NCBI GenBank assembly: GCA_010093815.1
Contig: ML996588.1
DNA from: Pseudovirgaria hyperparasitica
Lineage: Eukaryota
DNA length: 64,000 nt
Strand: one strand, 5' to 3'
The notes under the pieces are model-generated. The model did not search any database and was not told the origin of the DNA. It saw only the letters and a list, made by a program, of their open reading frames with translations. Position numbers and translations under genes: made by a program. Each line of letters opens with the position of its first letter. Position 1 is the stretch's first letter. This document shows, piece by piece, positions 23,968 through 36,393 of this stretch.

Positions 23968-24708
23968 ATGCCGTCGTCCACTCCACACCCATCTGGTAAT
24001 GAGTTCCACCTCCATCTCCACTCCTATTCCCATCCCAATTCCCCCCAAATATACTCCTCCCTCCCACTCATATACATCCACATTCCTAACCAAAAATCTC
24101 CTACAGAACTAACAACCTCCCTCTCCGCCCTCTCCATCACCACAAAACCCACCTCGCAAAAGACCGCCCTGGTGGCAGACTCCTGGGAAGACGAGGCCGA
24201 CGACGACGACGACAACGACGATGCCTCCTCCTCCTCCTCCTCACTGCCATCCACACCCACTGCATCCACAGCACCATCCAAATCCACATCCACAAACCCA
24301 ACAACGCGCCAAAAACCCACCCAACCCACTCCATCCGCCCCGCCACCAACCCCCTCCTCACCAAACCATCCCTCCTCATCACCATCCTCCTTCTCCTCCT
24401 CATTCCCAACTGCCCCCTTCTCCTCTTCAACCTACCAATACCCCCTCTCCCCTTCTCACACCGCCAGCAATACAACCCCGCAGGCACAACAACCACCAAC
24501 CCGCCGCCCAGACAAAACAACAAGCACAGCCTCACGCATGATTGCCGCAGGCCTGGGCATGCGCGCACCCGTGCGCACGGCCGAGCAAAAGGCATACGAC
24601 GATGCAGAGCGCAAGGTGTTACGCGAAAAGAGGGCTAGGGAGCGCGAGGAGGAGAAGAGGAAGGAGGCGGAGAGGGAGAGGGCGCGTGTGGCGGTTTGGG
24701 AGGATTGA
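23968..24708 (+). CDS. Low-complexity Ser/Pro/Thr-rich protein with SUZ-C-like motif and charged C-terminal coil
   Basis: VADSWEDE motif, RRPDKTTSTASRMIAAGLG (SUZ-C-like), E/R/K-rich tail ending VWED. The N-terminal start/splicing is uncertain. Confidence 0.7.
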   Translation: MPSSTPHPSGNEFHLHLHSYSHPNSPQIYSSLPLIYIHIPNQKSPTELTTSLSALSITTKPTSQKTALVADSWEDEADDDDDNDDASSSSSSLPSTPTASTAPSKSTSTNPTTRQKPTQPTPSAPPPTPSSPNHPSSSPSSFSSSFPTAPFSSSTYQYPLSPSHTASNTTPQAQQPPTRRPDKTTSTASRMIAAGLGMRAPVRTAEQKAYDDAERKVLREKRAREREEEKRKEAERERARVAVWED

Positions 24709-25685
24709 GAGGATTGAGGAGATTTTCATAAAAAGTTGTGCAGATAGTAGGATTGGAATTGAGTGGATATATGGCTACGCATGGAAATTTTGACTGGAGC
24801 TATGCGTGTGTTGGGTTTCTGATTTGGATAGAATGCTAAAGTGGAATACTGTATACTTGGGCCATTGGATTTCGTGCCGGTGCATGGTGTGATATTTACA
24901 ACCATGCTGTGCATGTACAGTCTCAGCACGACATCAAATGGTTCTACGAGTCTATCATCACACGAAAAGCCACGCAATCAAATACGAGCATTCAATGCCA
25001 CAAATCATACAGAATCAAACATCTTCATTTGAGCATGCGCAGTCCTATCACTACACAAGACAGACAATCCTACAAGTCGCATCATCATTATCATCATCAT
25101 CACTCTGAGAAACCATCGTCTCATCCGGTTCAACACCCTCCTCCAAACCAAGTAATAGTAGGGCGTTTTAGTTCTTACCCTAGAAAATTCCTGCCCTGCA
25201 GGGAGAGTAGTAGAACAGGTCTGTGACCATATCAAACCGTGCCCAGAACCCATGTGATGATGATATGAATACGGTATTTATTCCAAAACAGAAAAGAAAA
25301 AATGAACAAGAACAACAGAACACACGAGGCTGTTAGCTAGCCAAGGGGCAGAGGAAATAATGACCCAGCACGCTCCGCTTTGAACGCCGTTGCCGCATGC
25401 TCGCTATGCTATTGAAGGAGGAAAGAAAGAAAATGAGGACAAGCGGAGAAAAACTCTTGAGTGCGCGTGAGATACATAAGATTGTAAATAGCGAAGTGAA
25501 GTGACAGTAATGAGACGTAGGAATTTTTGAGTCTCATGCTCGGCCGAGGCAGTCGTAAGGTAGATGGTAGTGGCGTATGAAGAATTTAGGAGGTTCGATG
25601 ACTCTCTTAACAAGATTCCCAGCGTGATTTAGGAAGGGTCATGTACAGGTGTAACATGATCTTTAGACAACGCCAAGCAGTAGCT

Positions 25686-27182
25686 TTAGATGTCCATACT
25701 CCACCGATTCTGCACATGTTGCATGTCTCCTATCCATTCTCTGCTAACACCAAAGCCACTGCCACCCCATTCAATATCTCGAATGGGCTGCTTTTCATCG
25801 GGATACTGGGCTCCTGATATCGCGGATGATTTGATATGTGCAGGGGGTAGTAGCTCAAGAGATCGTTCTGTGGAACTCGAAGACTGTTTTTGAGTATTTG
25901 ATGCTGGTGTAAACCGATCTTGAAATGCGTTGAGCGAGTAATCGGAGAGGAACAATGGTAATCGCCGACCCATGCCAGGACTTCTTGAATCGGAAGAGCC
26001 AGTGTTTGTATGCTGTAATTTCTTTGGACGGACATGATTCTCGTCCCGAATCACGGACTTTGAAGTGGCATTCTCGAGACCATCGCTCTCGGTAACGGTA
26101 ATGTTCGGTCTTTGAGCGGTCGTAGAAATGCGAATGAAGCCAGACGAAGAAGTAGGGCGATTCGATTGCGGAGAAGCGTCCATAGTAAGAGTTTGGACCA
26201 TTGTCTCACTAGAGGATCCGGTATGATTGGTGGGAAGCATAAGACTGTCTGTCTTGGCTCTACGCGTCTTACGACTGGGCTTTGGAAGTGTATTCGTATA
26301 TGTGTTTGTGTCGTATGTTAGTCCGCGCGAGGGCGCTCGGCAGGATCCCCCCCTGGAACAAGTCGGCATCTCAGGTGTCTCACCTCTTTGCATCTTCTCG
26401 AACAATCGCTTTTCGCTAACTTGTCTTTGTAAGCTCAGCTCAACTTTACTGCTGGCGCCGCTACCACCACTACCACCACTACCGCTGCGACTTCTAGAAT
26501 TGGCACGGACTTTGCCGTTCATGACTTTGGCTTTCGGTGGTGGCTGCAGCATCCACTTGTTATCTCTTGCATATGACGATGGCATGCTGACGACAGGTGG
26601 GTGCATGTCATTGACAGGTGGACCTCGACCAAAGTAGCTGTCGGTGGAAGAGAAGGCGGTCCCAGGTCTACTTATGCGTGCAGCAATTGAACCCCCAAGT
26701 TTCGAGTGTTGCGATTGTATCTCGTCCGCATCCTCAAAACCCCAAAGCTCTTCGTCCTCGCGTTGATATCTCTTTCGGTTCCAGTTGTCTCCATCCAAAG
26801 TGTCATCACTCTTACGGCCATCGGGAATCGTGAAGGCCTTCAAGGGGACATCTAAGCTGCTCCCACCATGGCTGGTTATAGAGCCCTGTGTGCCTGCCCT
26901 ACTTGGTACATGGTCTCTTCTGCTCCCTTCGCGGCTCTTTTTGCCTTTTGTTCTTCTTGGGGGTGGGCCAGGCCCGAGAATTATTTCCTCACGCCAATGC
27001 TCGTTTGTATCGTTAGGATGGGGATGCCAGTAGAGCTCTGGCTGCTCTGTTTCCAACTTTTCCCTCTCAGCCTTATCACGCTTTGCGTCTCTCCGGAGTT
27101 TCTTGCGGTGAGCGGCTTGGGTACACGGTGCGCAAGATAGATAGTGAAATACGGCGGACTGAATTCCGCGCATCAACGACAT
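25686..27182 (-). CDS. Conserved fungal hypothetical protein, largely disordered
   Basis: Long single ORF with islands IQSAVFHYLSCAPC, YWHPHPNDTNEHWREEIILGPGPP, WNRKRYQREDEELWG, PPVNDMHPPVVS, WMLQPPP and C-terminal RWSMDI. Confidence 0.8.
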   Translation of the reverse strand: MSLMRGIQSAVFHYLSCAPCTQAAHRKKLRRDAKRDKAEREKLETEQPELYWHPHPNDTNEHWREEIILGPGPPPRRTKGKKSREGSRRDHVPSRAGTQGSITSHGGSSLDVPLKAFTIPDGRKSDDTLDGDNWNRKRYQREDEELWGFEDADEIQSQHSKLGGSIAARISRPGTAFSSTDSYFGRGPPVNDMHPPVVSMPSSYARDNKWMLQPPPKAKVMNGKVRANSRSRSGSGGSGGSGASSKVELSLQRQVSEKRLFEKMQRGETPEMPTCSRGGSCRAPSRGLTYDTNTYTNTLPKPSRKTRRAKTDSLMLPTNHTGSSSETMVQTLTMDASPQSNRPTSSSGFIRISTTAQRPNITVTESDGLENATSKSVIRDENHVRPKKLQHTNTGSSDSRSPGMGRRLPLFLSDYSLNAFQDRFTPASNTQKQSSSSTERSLELLPPAHIKSSAISGAQYPDEKQPIRDIEWGGSGFGVSREWIGDMQHVQNRWSMDI

Positions 27183-28532
27183 TGCGCAAGTGGATAGCGA
27201 CGCAACAGTCAGCGTACGATACGGGCAATTCGGGATGGACAGCAACGAAAGGAGGACACGTCGAGGTCGAGACGAGGAGAGATCACACTGTAATGACAGG
27301 AATGCGCCAGGAGAAAGATCGACAGTCTTGGTTTCACGTCGTCGAACGTGGCGCAGGAAGAGACCGACGGGCAGCGGGGACCTCAGGCTAAAGAAGAGAT
27401 GATGATCGTATAATTGCAGCGGTCCATTTCTGCAGTAGAAAGACAGGATGGTGTGATGCTAGGACCAACAATTGGATTGGATTGAAGACGTGACGAAGAA
27501 GTGTGATAGCGAAGGGTGAGGCAATGAGGGAGGACTAGGAGAGGACGTGAAAGTGGTGGAGGGAGAGAGGGAGGGGTTGTCGCGCAGTTGAGCGGCATTT
27601 TTGGGGGGGTTGGATGTACCTGCCTGCCTGCCCCTGCCCTGCCTATCTACAAACTAATACAGTATCTACAGTATACAGCCCACTGAGCCCAGCAGTGTCC
27701 AGCACAGTAACAGTGCAGTAGGATCCGCCTATTCCGAGGGGCTCGCTTCTTGCGGCAATGCGGCAAGAAGATCATGACAGCCCCTGGAATCCATAGGCTA
27801 GTCATGTCATCGGTAGCCCTCAGGAGTCTGGAGTCTGGAGGCGACGTGGGCAGATTGGCAGCCAGCACAGTAAAAAGGGAAAAGGGCAGCAAAGGGTCCG
27901 GGTCTCTATCTCGCCCTGCGTCTGACGTGCATAAATAGTAGTATTTGATATCCAATGATAATCCATGTGCAAGATGGCTCTAGCTCGCTAGATCATGACA
28001 TGCCATGCCATGCCTCGCCCACCCTTTGTCTATCTATTTCATCTAATTAATGTGAAGAACATCTATCCAACATAGACTCATGTCGAGAGAATATGCTATT
28101 CTGGACAGACTTGTAGCCAGAGATCCCCATGCCTGATGTTACTATGAGTATTTCATATTACCACATTATCCGTGTATACCTAGTACTATGGGTAGGGCTG
28201 ACCGGGAAGGAAGCCAGCACAGCCGCGGCCCACTACGGGAGAGAGATTGATGGATACAGGCGGGCCCGACCGGCTAATGCTGTGTAATCACTTTACTCCG
28301 TCCCAAACAACATTCCAGTAGACCACAGTTCAGTATTAAGCGGTCAGTAGCTATACTGTCCGTTACTATCGATGCTGCTACTTCTCTTATACTCTCGAGC
28401 CGGAAAGCAGGTTTCTTTGTACTAGTACAGCCTTCGTCTATTCCCTATTTTTTGCTTTATATACACAACATCTATTTCCCTGGCCTTGACATATTCACTA
28501 CGCACGCGTAGAGCTGTCTTTGACATTCGTTT

Positions 28533-28592
28533 CAGCTTCCTCAGCTTCCTCAGCTTCCTCAGCTTCATCAGCTTCATCAGCTTCATCAGGCT
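28533..28592 (-). repeat. 9-bp tandem repeat (GAAGCTGAG/GAAGCTGAT)n at the bioDA stop codon
   Basis: (cagcttcct)3(cagcttcat)3 on the + strand. Confidence 0.85.
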
Positions 28593-31483
28593 TCTCTGTT
28601 TAGCTCTTCTAGCTCCTTTAGCTCCCCTGGCTTCCCGTCGGCTGCAATATCCATTTCCCCCTCTTTATTGTCTGCGTCATGTCCGTCATTTTCTGTGTCC
28701 ACATCCGGGCTTACATCGTCCTTTGACTTCCCCTGCGTAGGAACCATCATCGATCGCACTTCTGATTCAATACCAAAAGCCCGCGCAATCGCTAACTGTA
28801 CATGATACATAGTACTTGTCTGGGTGGTAAGACTAGCCATGACGTAGAGGACGTTGCCAAGCACGCGGCAGTGAATTGGTTGTCTGATGGAGCGTTCAAG
28901 ATCATTCTGAAGCGTAACAGCTGCTCTAGATGAATACCCTGCCACTAATATTAGCTGCAATTCCACTCTGTTCTTTCCGACACATGATACTTACCAGATC
29001 CCTCGGGGTCAGTGATTTTTATTGCAAGCACAGTTCCCAAAGCCACTACACTTGAAACTCTTTCTTGTCGAGAGAGAAGCTTCACAAATTCAAGGTGCCA
29101 ATGACTCCAGACCCGTTCATATGGAAGACGACTGACGATTAAGTTATTGACTCTGTCTGGCTCCGACGGTATCGCACGTGCAGCTCGCGCCCAGGAGAGC
29201 TTGAATAACTTGGTGGCCCTTTGCTGCTGAATATCGTTCATCATCCACAAAGCCTTCTTAGCTACAGTGCATCCCATCGCATGTGCTGTGTAACTATGTC
29301 CGTGGAGGAGCGCATCGGACTTTTCGTCGCCCAAGAAAGCCTCAAAGATGCTATTGGATGCAAGCGTCAAGCAAAGCGGAAGAAGGCCACCGGTAAGCAA
29401 CTTGGCATGTACAGAAATGTCGGGTTTCACCCCCAGGAAACTTGCGGCGCTGAATCGTCCCAGACGGTACAGTCCTGTGAAAACCTCATCGAACACAACA
29501 GGCAAGCCCTGCCAGGCATATGGATCCCGGAAAGCCGATTGCAACTCTTGTTTCCCAAAGTTGCGTCGCCGCACTGCATTAACCAGGGCACTCTGAAATA
29601 GAGGATCTCTGTTACATGACTAGTTAGCATTTTACTTGACTTTAGTCTAAAGGCTGGGACAGGTCATTTCTTACGCGAATATCATTCCTCCAGCACCAAG
29701 CAAGACTGGTTCCATGACCAGGGCTCCGAACTTTCTTCCTTTTTCATTCACCTCCTCATCAAGCACTTTGTCAATGTATTTCTCATACACTGCTGGATCT
29801 CTTGATGCAAAAACTTGGTTTAAGTCGTCGAAAGTCTCTCCAGGCCCGAATTCAGCCTCCATACCCTTTGGTGGGCTGACTACCCATTTGCCGTCTTTCA
29901 TACCAACCGAAGGATAGTCGAACCAGTAGCCACGACCTCGATACCATTCAGTCTTTGTGTTGAAAACTGAGGGCTCTGAACAGTCCATTGCACCAATTGT
30001 ATCTCCATGGTAGGATCCTTTGAGTCCTATAATTTCAATGGAGTCTTGTTGTCCCGTAAACCCGTACCTCTTCACTGCTGCTTTCAGTGCCATCTTGATG
30101 CCTACTTCGATACCGGTGCTCCCGTTGTCTGTAAAGAATACCTTCTGCAGACGGGCATTCTCTAGTCTCTCCAAAAAGGTCTCCGCTAGTTCGAGTGCAG
30201 GCTCATGAATCGCACCAGCAAACATAACATGTCCATATCGACCAGCTGCATACGCCGCTGCTAGAGATAAAGCTGGATTGCTATAAAGCAATTAGTGCCA
30301 GGTCAGATACATGTTCACGGATCTTAACATACCCATGTCCAAGGCCTTGGGTCCACCAAGATGCTGAACCATCGAAAGTACGTGATACCTTTTCTGCTGG
30401 CTTTGTTAGAGTAAAGTAGTCGCCGTAAGCTGAGTCAATTGGAAGCAGGTCAGCGGCCTCAGACTCCTTGTGTTGCATGAAGGGATGCCATATGGAACTA
30501 GCAGCTCGTGACCTTAAAGATGATGCAGATGTTCTGAACGCGTCCTTATCACACAGAAGGAGCTCCGTAAAGATCTCATGAACATGGGTACCCTTTCTCA
30601 TTATCTGATTGTAATAGTCATCCATTATGGCAGCGTCGCGGCTTGTGTCTTGTTCCTGCGGCGGAATCGGCGGAAGTACAATGATGTTTCGAGCCAATTG
30701 AGAATATCCGTATAAATTCAGGTATGTCCTCACGTCTCGGTCGTTCTGGTGAGGTTCATTTCCGAAGAACACCAGCTGTTCGACATCGTATCCGCGCAAG
30801 GTCAGTGATTCAAACGCAGACACGGTGCTTGACACACCACCTAGTTTTGAATCACCCACAAGGACAATCGGCAATCGGAAAGAACGATAGAAGTCAGCCT
30901 GGGCTCTACCGCTTGGAAGAGGAGACATAACCCCTCCAAATGTTTCAACTATAGAGTAACTGCCAGGGCGATTCAGATCATCAGCAAGGATTTTCAACAT
31001 TTTGGAATCGTCCAGCTCCCTAAAGCCAGTACTGTAATCCTAGAGAAATGTTACCCAATTGTGTCCGATGTGACTGAGAACAGACGTACCGCATTTCGTG
31101 CCGCATTTCGCTCCCACTCTGCAGCACGGGTAGGGCTCCATGGCTGACTGTACTTCTGGTAGCACTTGACCATAACATTATTTGCGTGTCTTTTGATGTG
31201 GCTTGGGGCGGTTAGCATACTCCAATCAACAAATGACCGCTTAATTAGGGGAGACATACACGTGGTCTAACGTTTGTTCAGGACCGGTGGCAACAGGTTT
31301 GATGTACCGAATACTTGTGCCTTCCGGTGGGTCAACTTTGCAGAAGAGTGATGATACGATTGTTTTGCCGACGTCAGTATTGGCGCCAAATATCTGTATA
31401 GCTCTGCCATTGGGAGTGCGAATACTGGTCTTGAGAGGCAGTGTCCATTTTCGATTAAGCCCTTTGCGTATGACGGGCTTCAT
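28586..31483 (-). CDS. bioDA: Bifunctional dethiobiotin synthetase / DAPA aminotransferase (biotin synthesis)
   Basis: Multi-exon. BioD part: IFGANTDVGKT, YIKPVATG, VETFGGVMSP, GDSKLGGVS. BioA part: IWHPFMQH, FDGSASWWTQGLGH, DNGSTG, SYHGDTIGAMD, FDEVFTGLYRLG, PLP lysine AKLLTGG, LHGHSYTAH. Confidence 0.93.
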
Positions 31484-31945
31484 TGAGACCGCTCGCTTGT
31501 TCAACCTCCTAGAGGAGACTACTCAATGCTGCACTCACCTTTTCAGACGTGTGAGAGACACGTCGGACAAGGAATCGAATGAGAGTGTTTTGAGTCTCCC
31601 CCACAAAGTTACCTAGGTAGAACTAGCTCGCGCCAAGTCTCAGGTCCCAGTCCCGCCAAACACTTCTGTTACCATGACCGTCTTCAACACACCACTTTAC
31701 CCGGACGACTGTTCAGTCGAAGCAGCGCTTAAGGTCCAGCACATATCATATCTTTTGTCGCGCACAGGTAGGGCGCAGCCGTTCGCCAAGTCTACTGTCG
31801 CAGTGTCGATAGACACCCATAGTTCTTTGCCTCGATCGAGCTGTTTCGATTTGTTCAATTCGGCGGGAGCTTGAATTCTGACGTTAAGAAGAACCTCGCG
31901 GCCTTACATTGGTGCTGATTCTATCCAGAATTCAACGTATTCTCC

Positions 31946-34576
31946 ATGGCCTTCTTTGGCTTCAGTCAGCCGAATGACCCTTTCGCTGGTCTCTCTGGCA
32001 GACCCGATGGCGATGACGATGCGTAAGTTCGACAACATTCCAAATTTTCGATCTTGCTGAGATGGCTTCCAGATTGAACTTTGAGGATACATATGACGGC
32101 TTAGGCGATCAGCTTGACGAAACAGATGACGCCTTCAACGATGACACTTTCGGATCGGCTCCTGCCACGCAGCAGAATATTGGGAAGGACTTTGATTTCT
32201 CTGGGCAAACCGCAAAAATCTCAACAACCTTACAAGAGGAGCAAATGTTGTACACAGCTAGACAACCCCCACCTAAGGCGAAGCCAACAGTCGCTTCTAA
32301 AGGCCCTTCGCGAACTGGCTATGAACGATATGTCGACCCCGGATACATCCCTGCCCTTGAAGCAAACGCTAGCATCTGGGGGGTAGGCCCAAAAAAGCCA
32401 GAGGCTACTGTTCAGGAAAGGCCTGATCAATCCGCTGGTGCACATGGGTCTTCAAGGAAGATGATGAGCTTAGAAGAGGTGGAGGCTGCCATGCGTTCCC
32501 AAAGCAAGAAACCCGTCTCATTGCCCGACGCTCAAGTCTCCGGATCCAGCTCTCAGATGTATGAGCAGCAATGGCACCAGCAGATCCCAACGCCTCAACA
32601 GCAACTCGGAGTGGGCGAGCCTGCACAGATACTTCAACGTCCGCATCCACCAAACGTACCTATGCACCCTCAATTCCATCAGTCTCTCCCGCAACATGGC
32701 CAACCCGAGTTTGCAGCACGCTCACAGCCATCCCCTCAGACTCAGATTCTGCAACGACAGAAGCCAGTTGCTCAGGATAATTTCAATAGAGTACCAGCAC
32801 CACCACACACGATTACAAGAGCACAACCCCAATCCGTACAACAACAGCCGCAGCCTCGTCAAATCCTGCAGAATCCTCAGAGGCTGTCCGGTCAGGGTCA
32901 ACCATTATCTCAACATGGCCATGGGTTCCGACAAGCCGAGATGCACAGAGCCCCTCCAACAGGCCCCTCTCACGGCAGAGTTCCATCCCATCACGCCGTT
33001 GTCACCCATCCTGAACAGCTTCTTCAGCTCTCTGAAGAAGATAGAGCCGCGTTCCTTGTCGAAGACGCAAAAAGAGCCAAAAGGAACCACAAGATTCTCA
33101 TGTTGTCACGAGACAATGGACTCATGACGCCCCAGGACAAGAATTTTATTACGCGTATACAACTACAACAATTAGTCACGGCCACTGGCGGTGTCGATGA
33201 TCAGGGTCCCGAAGCTGCTTTGGCTGAAGACTTCTACTATCAGGTCTACAGTCAAATCCGTGGAGCGCCACGCCAGAATCCTCATCAACCTGCAAGTCAG
33301 TTCGCGCAAACTTATCTCTTTCAAACTGGTGGTAGGTACGGGCCCCAGGGTCGAAGACACCCACGTGGAGGGGACAACCACATTCAACGCATGGAACAAC
33401 AAGTTCAACGAGCTGTCGAGGCTGCAAAAGCGAAGCCCAAGAATAAACAGCTGGTAATAGAGGGCAGTCTTGGGAAGATCTCGTTCAGTAACTCCAAGAC
33501 ACCCAAGCCATTACTTAACATCAAGCGGCCTGACACGAGCGATATGCGTCAACAATTGACAGGTAGACAAGCAAGTCGACCCGAGAATTCGCCTATCGCA
33601 GACAGGCGACAAGTTCTGCGTAACATTGAAGGGGTCTACGCCACTCTGATGCGACTCGAGGATCATGAAAGGCATTCTCCGCCGCACCTTAATGATAGTA
33701 GCGATCCCTCCACTATCCAAGAGCACAAAGATTGGCAGCAGCGACTTCAGAGTCTGAATCAGAGTTTATGGCACCAGCTCAAGGTTATGGAGCCCATCAA
33801 TCCTAAGTAGGTCGATCCATCCCCCAGTGCTCTTACCTCTCCTAATCAATTACAGTTCCCCGACGGCCCATCCTTTCGTCGCCATGCTGTCTCATCCGAA
33901 GGGCAAGAAAGCTATACCTCGAGTTTTCAGGCATATCGACAATCAACAGCGCCTCACCATACTCACTATGATCGTCGTTCATATGGACTCGCTCGATGTG
34001 ATCGCCCAGGCCGTTCCCATTACGGAGGAGCCCGCTAGCCTTTCACGTATGGTCAAAGAAGAAGTTGAACTGTTCGCACAAACGGTCATACCCTCTGTCT
34101 TTGGACATATCAATGAATCACCTCTGGGAATAATAACTGGCCTCCTAGGACTGGTGCTAGAACGCACGAACATACCTCTTGTGGCTCGAACGAAGATAGG
34201 TCTTTCATTATTGACTATCCTCATCTCGAGAGCGGAGCTCTTAAAGCAGTCAAATCCAGAAATTGACCCTGCAGAGTGGAAACAATGGATGGTGGACTAT
34301 GACAGCTTATTCGATACATTGGAACCATACTTGTCATTGCTGTTCACAACTGCAATCAATGATGCAGAAGACGTGTATGTGTGGCAGTTCTTGGCTGCTA
34401 TGGGCGTCGGCGCGAGCCCTGAGCAACAGCAACGCCTGGTTATTGGCGTGAAAGATCGTGTTATGGAGACAGTCAAGGTCAGCAGGGCGCTTCCCCAGGA
34501 GATGGCAAGCGTCCGTCTTGGTCACGTTAACTTGTTCATGAGAGCAATTGGTCTAGACGTTGACTTGCTCGGTTAA
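31946..34576 (+). CDS. PAT1: mRNA decapping activator / P-body scaffold PAT1
   Basis: Exons 31946-32022 (MAFFGF), 32073-33806 and 33856-34576. Motifs: FNDDTFG, MSLEEVEA, NGLMTPQDKNFITRIQLQQL, EDFYYQV, GSLGKIS, KGKKAIPRVFRH, WQFLAA, NLFMRAIGLD. Confidence 0.95.
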
Positions 34577-34885
34577 AAGTAATGAAATGAAACGCGATGA
34601 AAACAAAATGGACTGTAGATCTAGCTTTTACTTTTCATGATGGACAGTTGGGCGGGTCCTTCTGGATTTAGCATTATCAGCACACTTGGAAGTGCGAAAT
34701 ATGGTATTGAGATTAAGCTGCACCTTTTTGCCTTTTTCTGCAACCCAGTGTCCAAGTTTTTTCAGTTCGTGGGCCTTTTTGCAGGTGCTGGCGGTCCTTT
34801 CTTCCAACGCCGGCATGAACTCTGTCCGCATAAAGTAATATGCTTGAACATGCAACGACATACCGAATCCCCATCGCATCGGTAC

Positions 34886-35899
34886 TCAATCGACCACTAT
34901 CCCAGGTGGTAACCGGCCTTCATTCAGCGCCTTCTCTAGTCTACTGATCTCACTCAGACTCTTTGCATTGCGAATAAGCTCCTCTACCTTCTTCTTCTCC
35001 TTGTCGCTTAGCCGCAGCGCAATGGCCTTCTCACCCCCAACACCATTCGCAACACCAAGACCAGACGGTACATCAAATGTTTTGGACTTGATACCGGAAA
35101 TCTTCTGTGCGAGCTCGGTCGGTGCGTCAGTGGTTCCAAACAGCGCGCGCGACTGTGCGCGTTCTGCGTCGCGCACCTTGCGGTAGTCGAGGAAGCGGAT
35201 ATGCGGATTGAGATAGAGGACATATAGCCGGTAATTCTAAAATCTCCACGTTAGCCCAACAATATTCTCTCTTTATTTTATTCGATATGCGCTTTGTGCT
35301 TGGCTGTCCTGGTGTGTGTGTGAGAGTCTGTGGGTGGGAAACAATATTTACCTCCTTCTGCGCCACCGGGTTCTCCATCAGCACCACGTGTGTCAACTTC
35401 GCAAGCCCGCTCAACGGCTCCAGGTCAGACAGTTCGGAGATCTGGTTGTGTGTCAGGACGAGCGTGGACAGGTTCGGTAGCGAGCGGGCGAGGGTGGGCT
35501 GGATATGCGCGATGCGATTGCGGGCGAGCAGCAGGGTGTGCAGACGTGGCGAGAGCGGGAAATTGCTGAGGGCAGCAATGTCGTTGTCGGTGAAGTCTAT
35601 GCAGTCTTGTTCCTGTTACAAACGCGAGAGAGAGAGCGAGTCAGTACAAGAAGATTTGGTTCTTACCTTGCGGGGTGGGATGGGTGTTGGAAAGGACGCA
35701 CTCTTGCTACGCCGAGGTTCTCGATCGCGGGTATCTTGTGGCCTGTATAGCGGGATTCGCCATTGTATCAACGCTGCTCTTTGACTTCAAAGTGTAGTAT
35801 CGGTTCTTTTCAGTACGCACCTCTGAGATCTAGCTCGCGTTCGGTCAGCGGGTTTATGTACGACAGAGAGCCCTGGATGAGCTCGGCCGTTAACCTCAT
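34886..35899 (-). CDS. LEA1: U2 snRNP protein A' (LRR)
   Basis: Multi-exon: MRLTAELIQGSLSYINPLTERELDLR|GHKIPAIENLG|..IDFTDNDIAALSNFP..LLLARNRI..NPV..|NYRLYVL..IRFLDYRKV..SLSEISRLEKALNEG. Confidence 0.93.
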
Positions 35900-36393
35900 G
35901 TTTGCGACGGTGGAGGGTATAGGGATAGGAGAAACGATATGCGAGATGCGAATTGGTTACGGTCGTCGTGGTGCAGAAGTAGCAGGCTGTCTGTCGTGTG
36001 CATGGAGAGCTATGAATGATATTCCAATCGATATCAAGATCTAAGGAGCGTTTTTTGATAATTCTAAGGAGCGGTTCTGTTAGCGGCCAAGATCCTGAAG
36101 ACGTTTCTCTAATATTATCTGTGAGAGCAGTAGGTGCTATGATAACTCAAGCTTGATATATATCTATCAGTTCAGTTATTTTCTAAATGCAAATCCTAAA
36201 TGTCAGGAACGTTATGACATACGATTTCGCAATTAGAGCCACCCAAATATGAATGCCAGCACTGACTGTGATCTGACCATGTTTCATGGTTTTGCACTAC
36301 CTAAACTACCTATCTAAGAACCTCATTTTTCTGTATAAAAATTCGTTACTCATGCAAAGGCCCAATGGCTCAATATACATATACATGTCATTT

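Noticed and set aside
27950..28400. Possible structured ncRNA (snoRNA/SRP-like) in the intergenic region
   Set aside because: Only partial box-like words (GTGAAGA..CTGA; GGAAGGAAGC). No convincing guide or conserved helices by eye.
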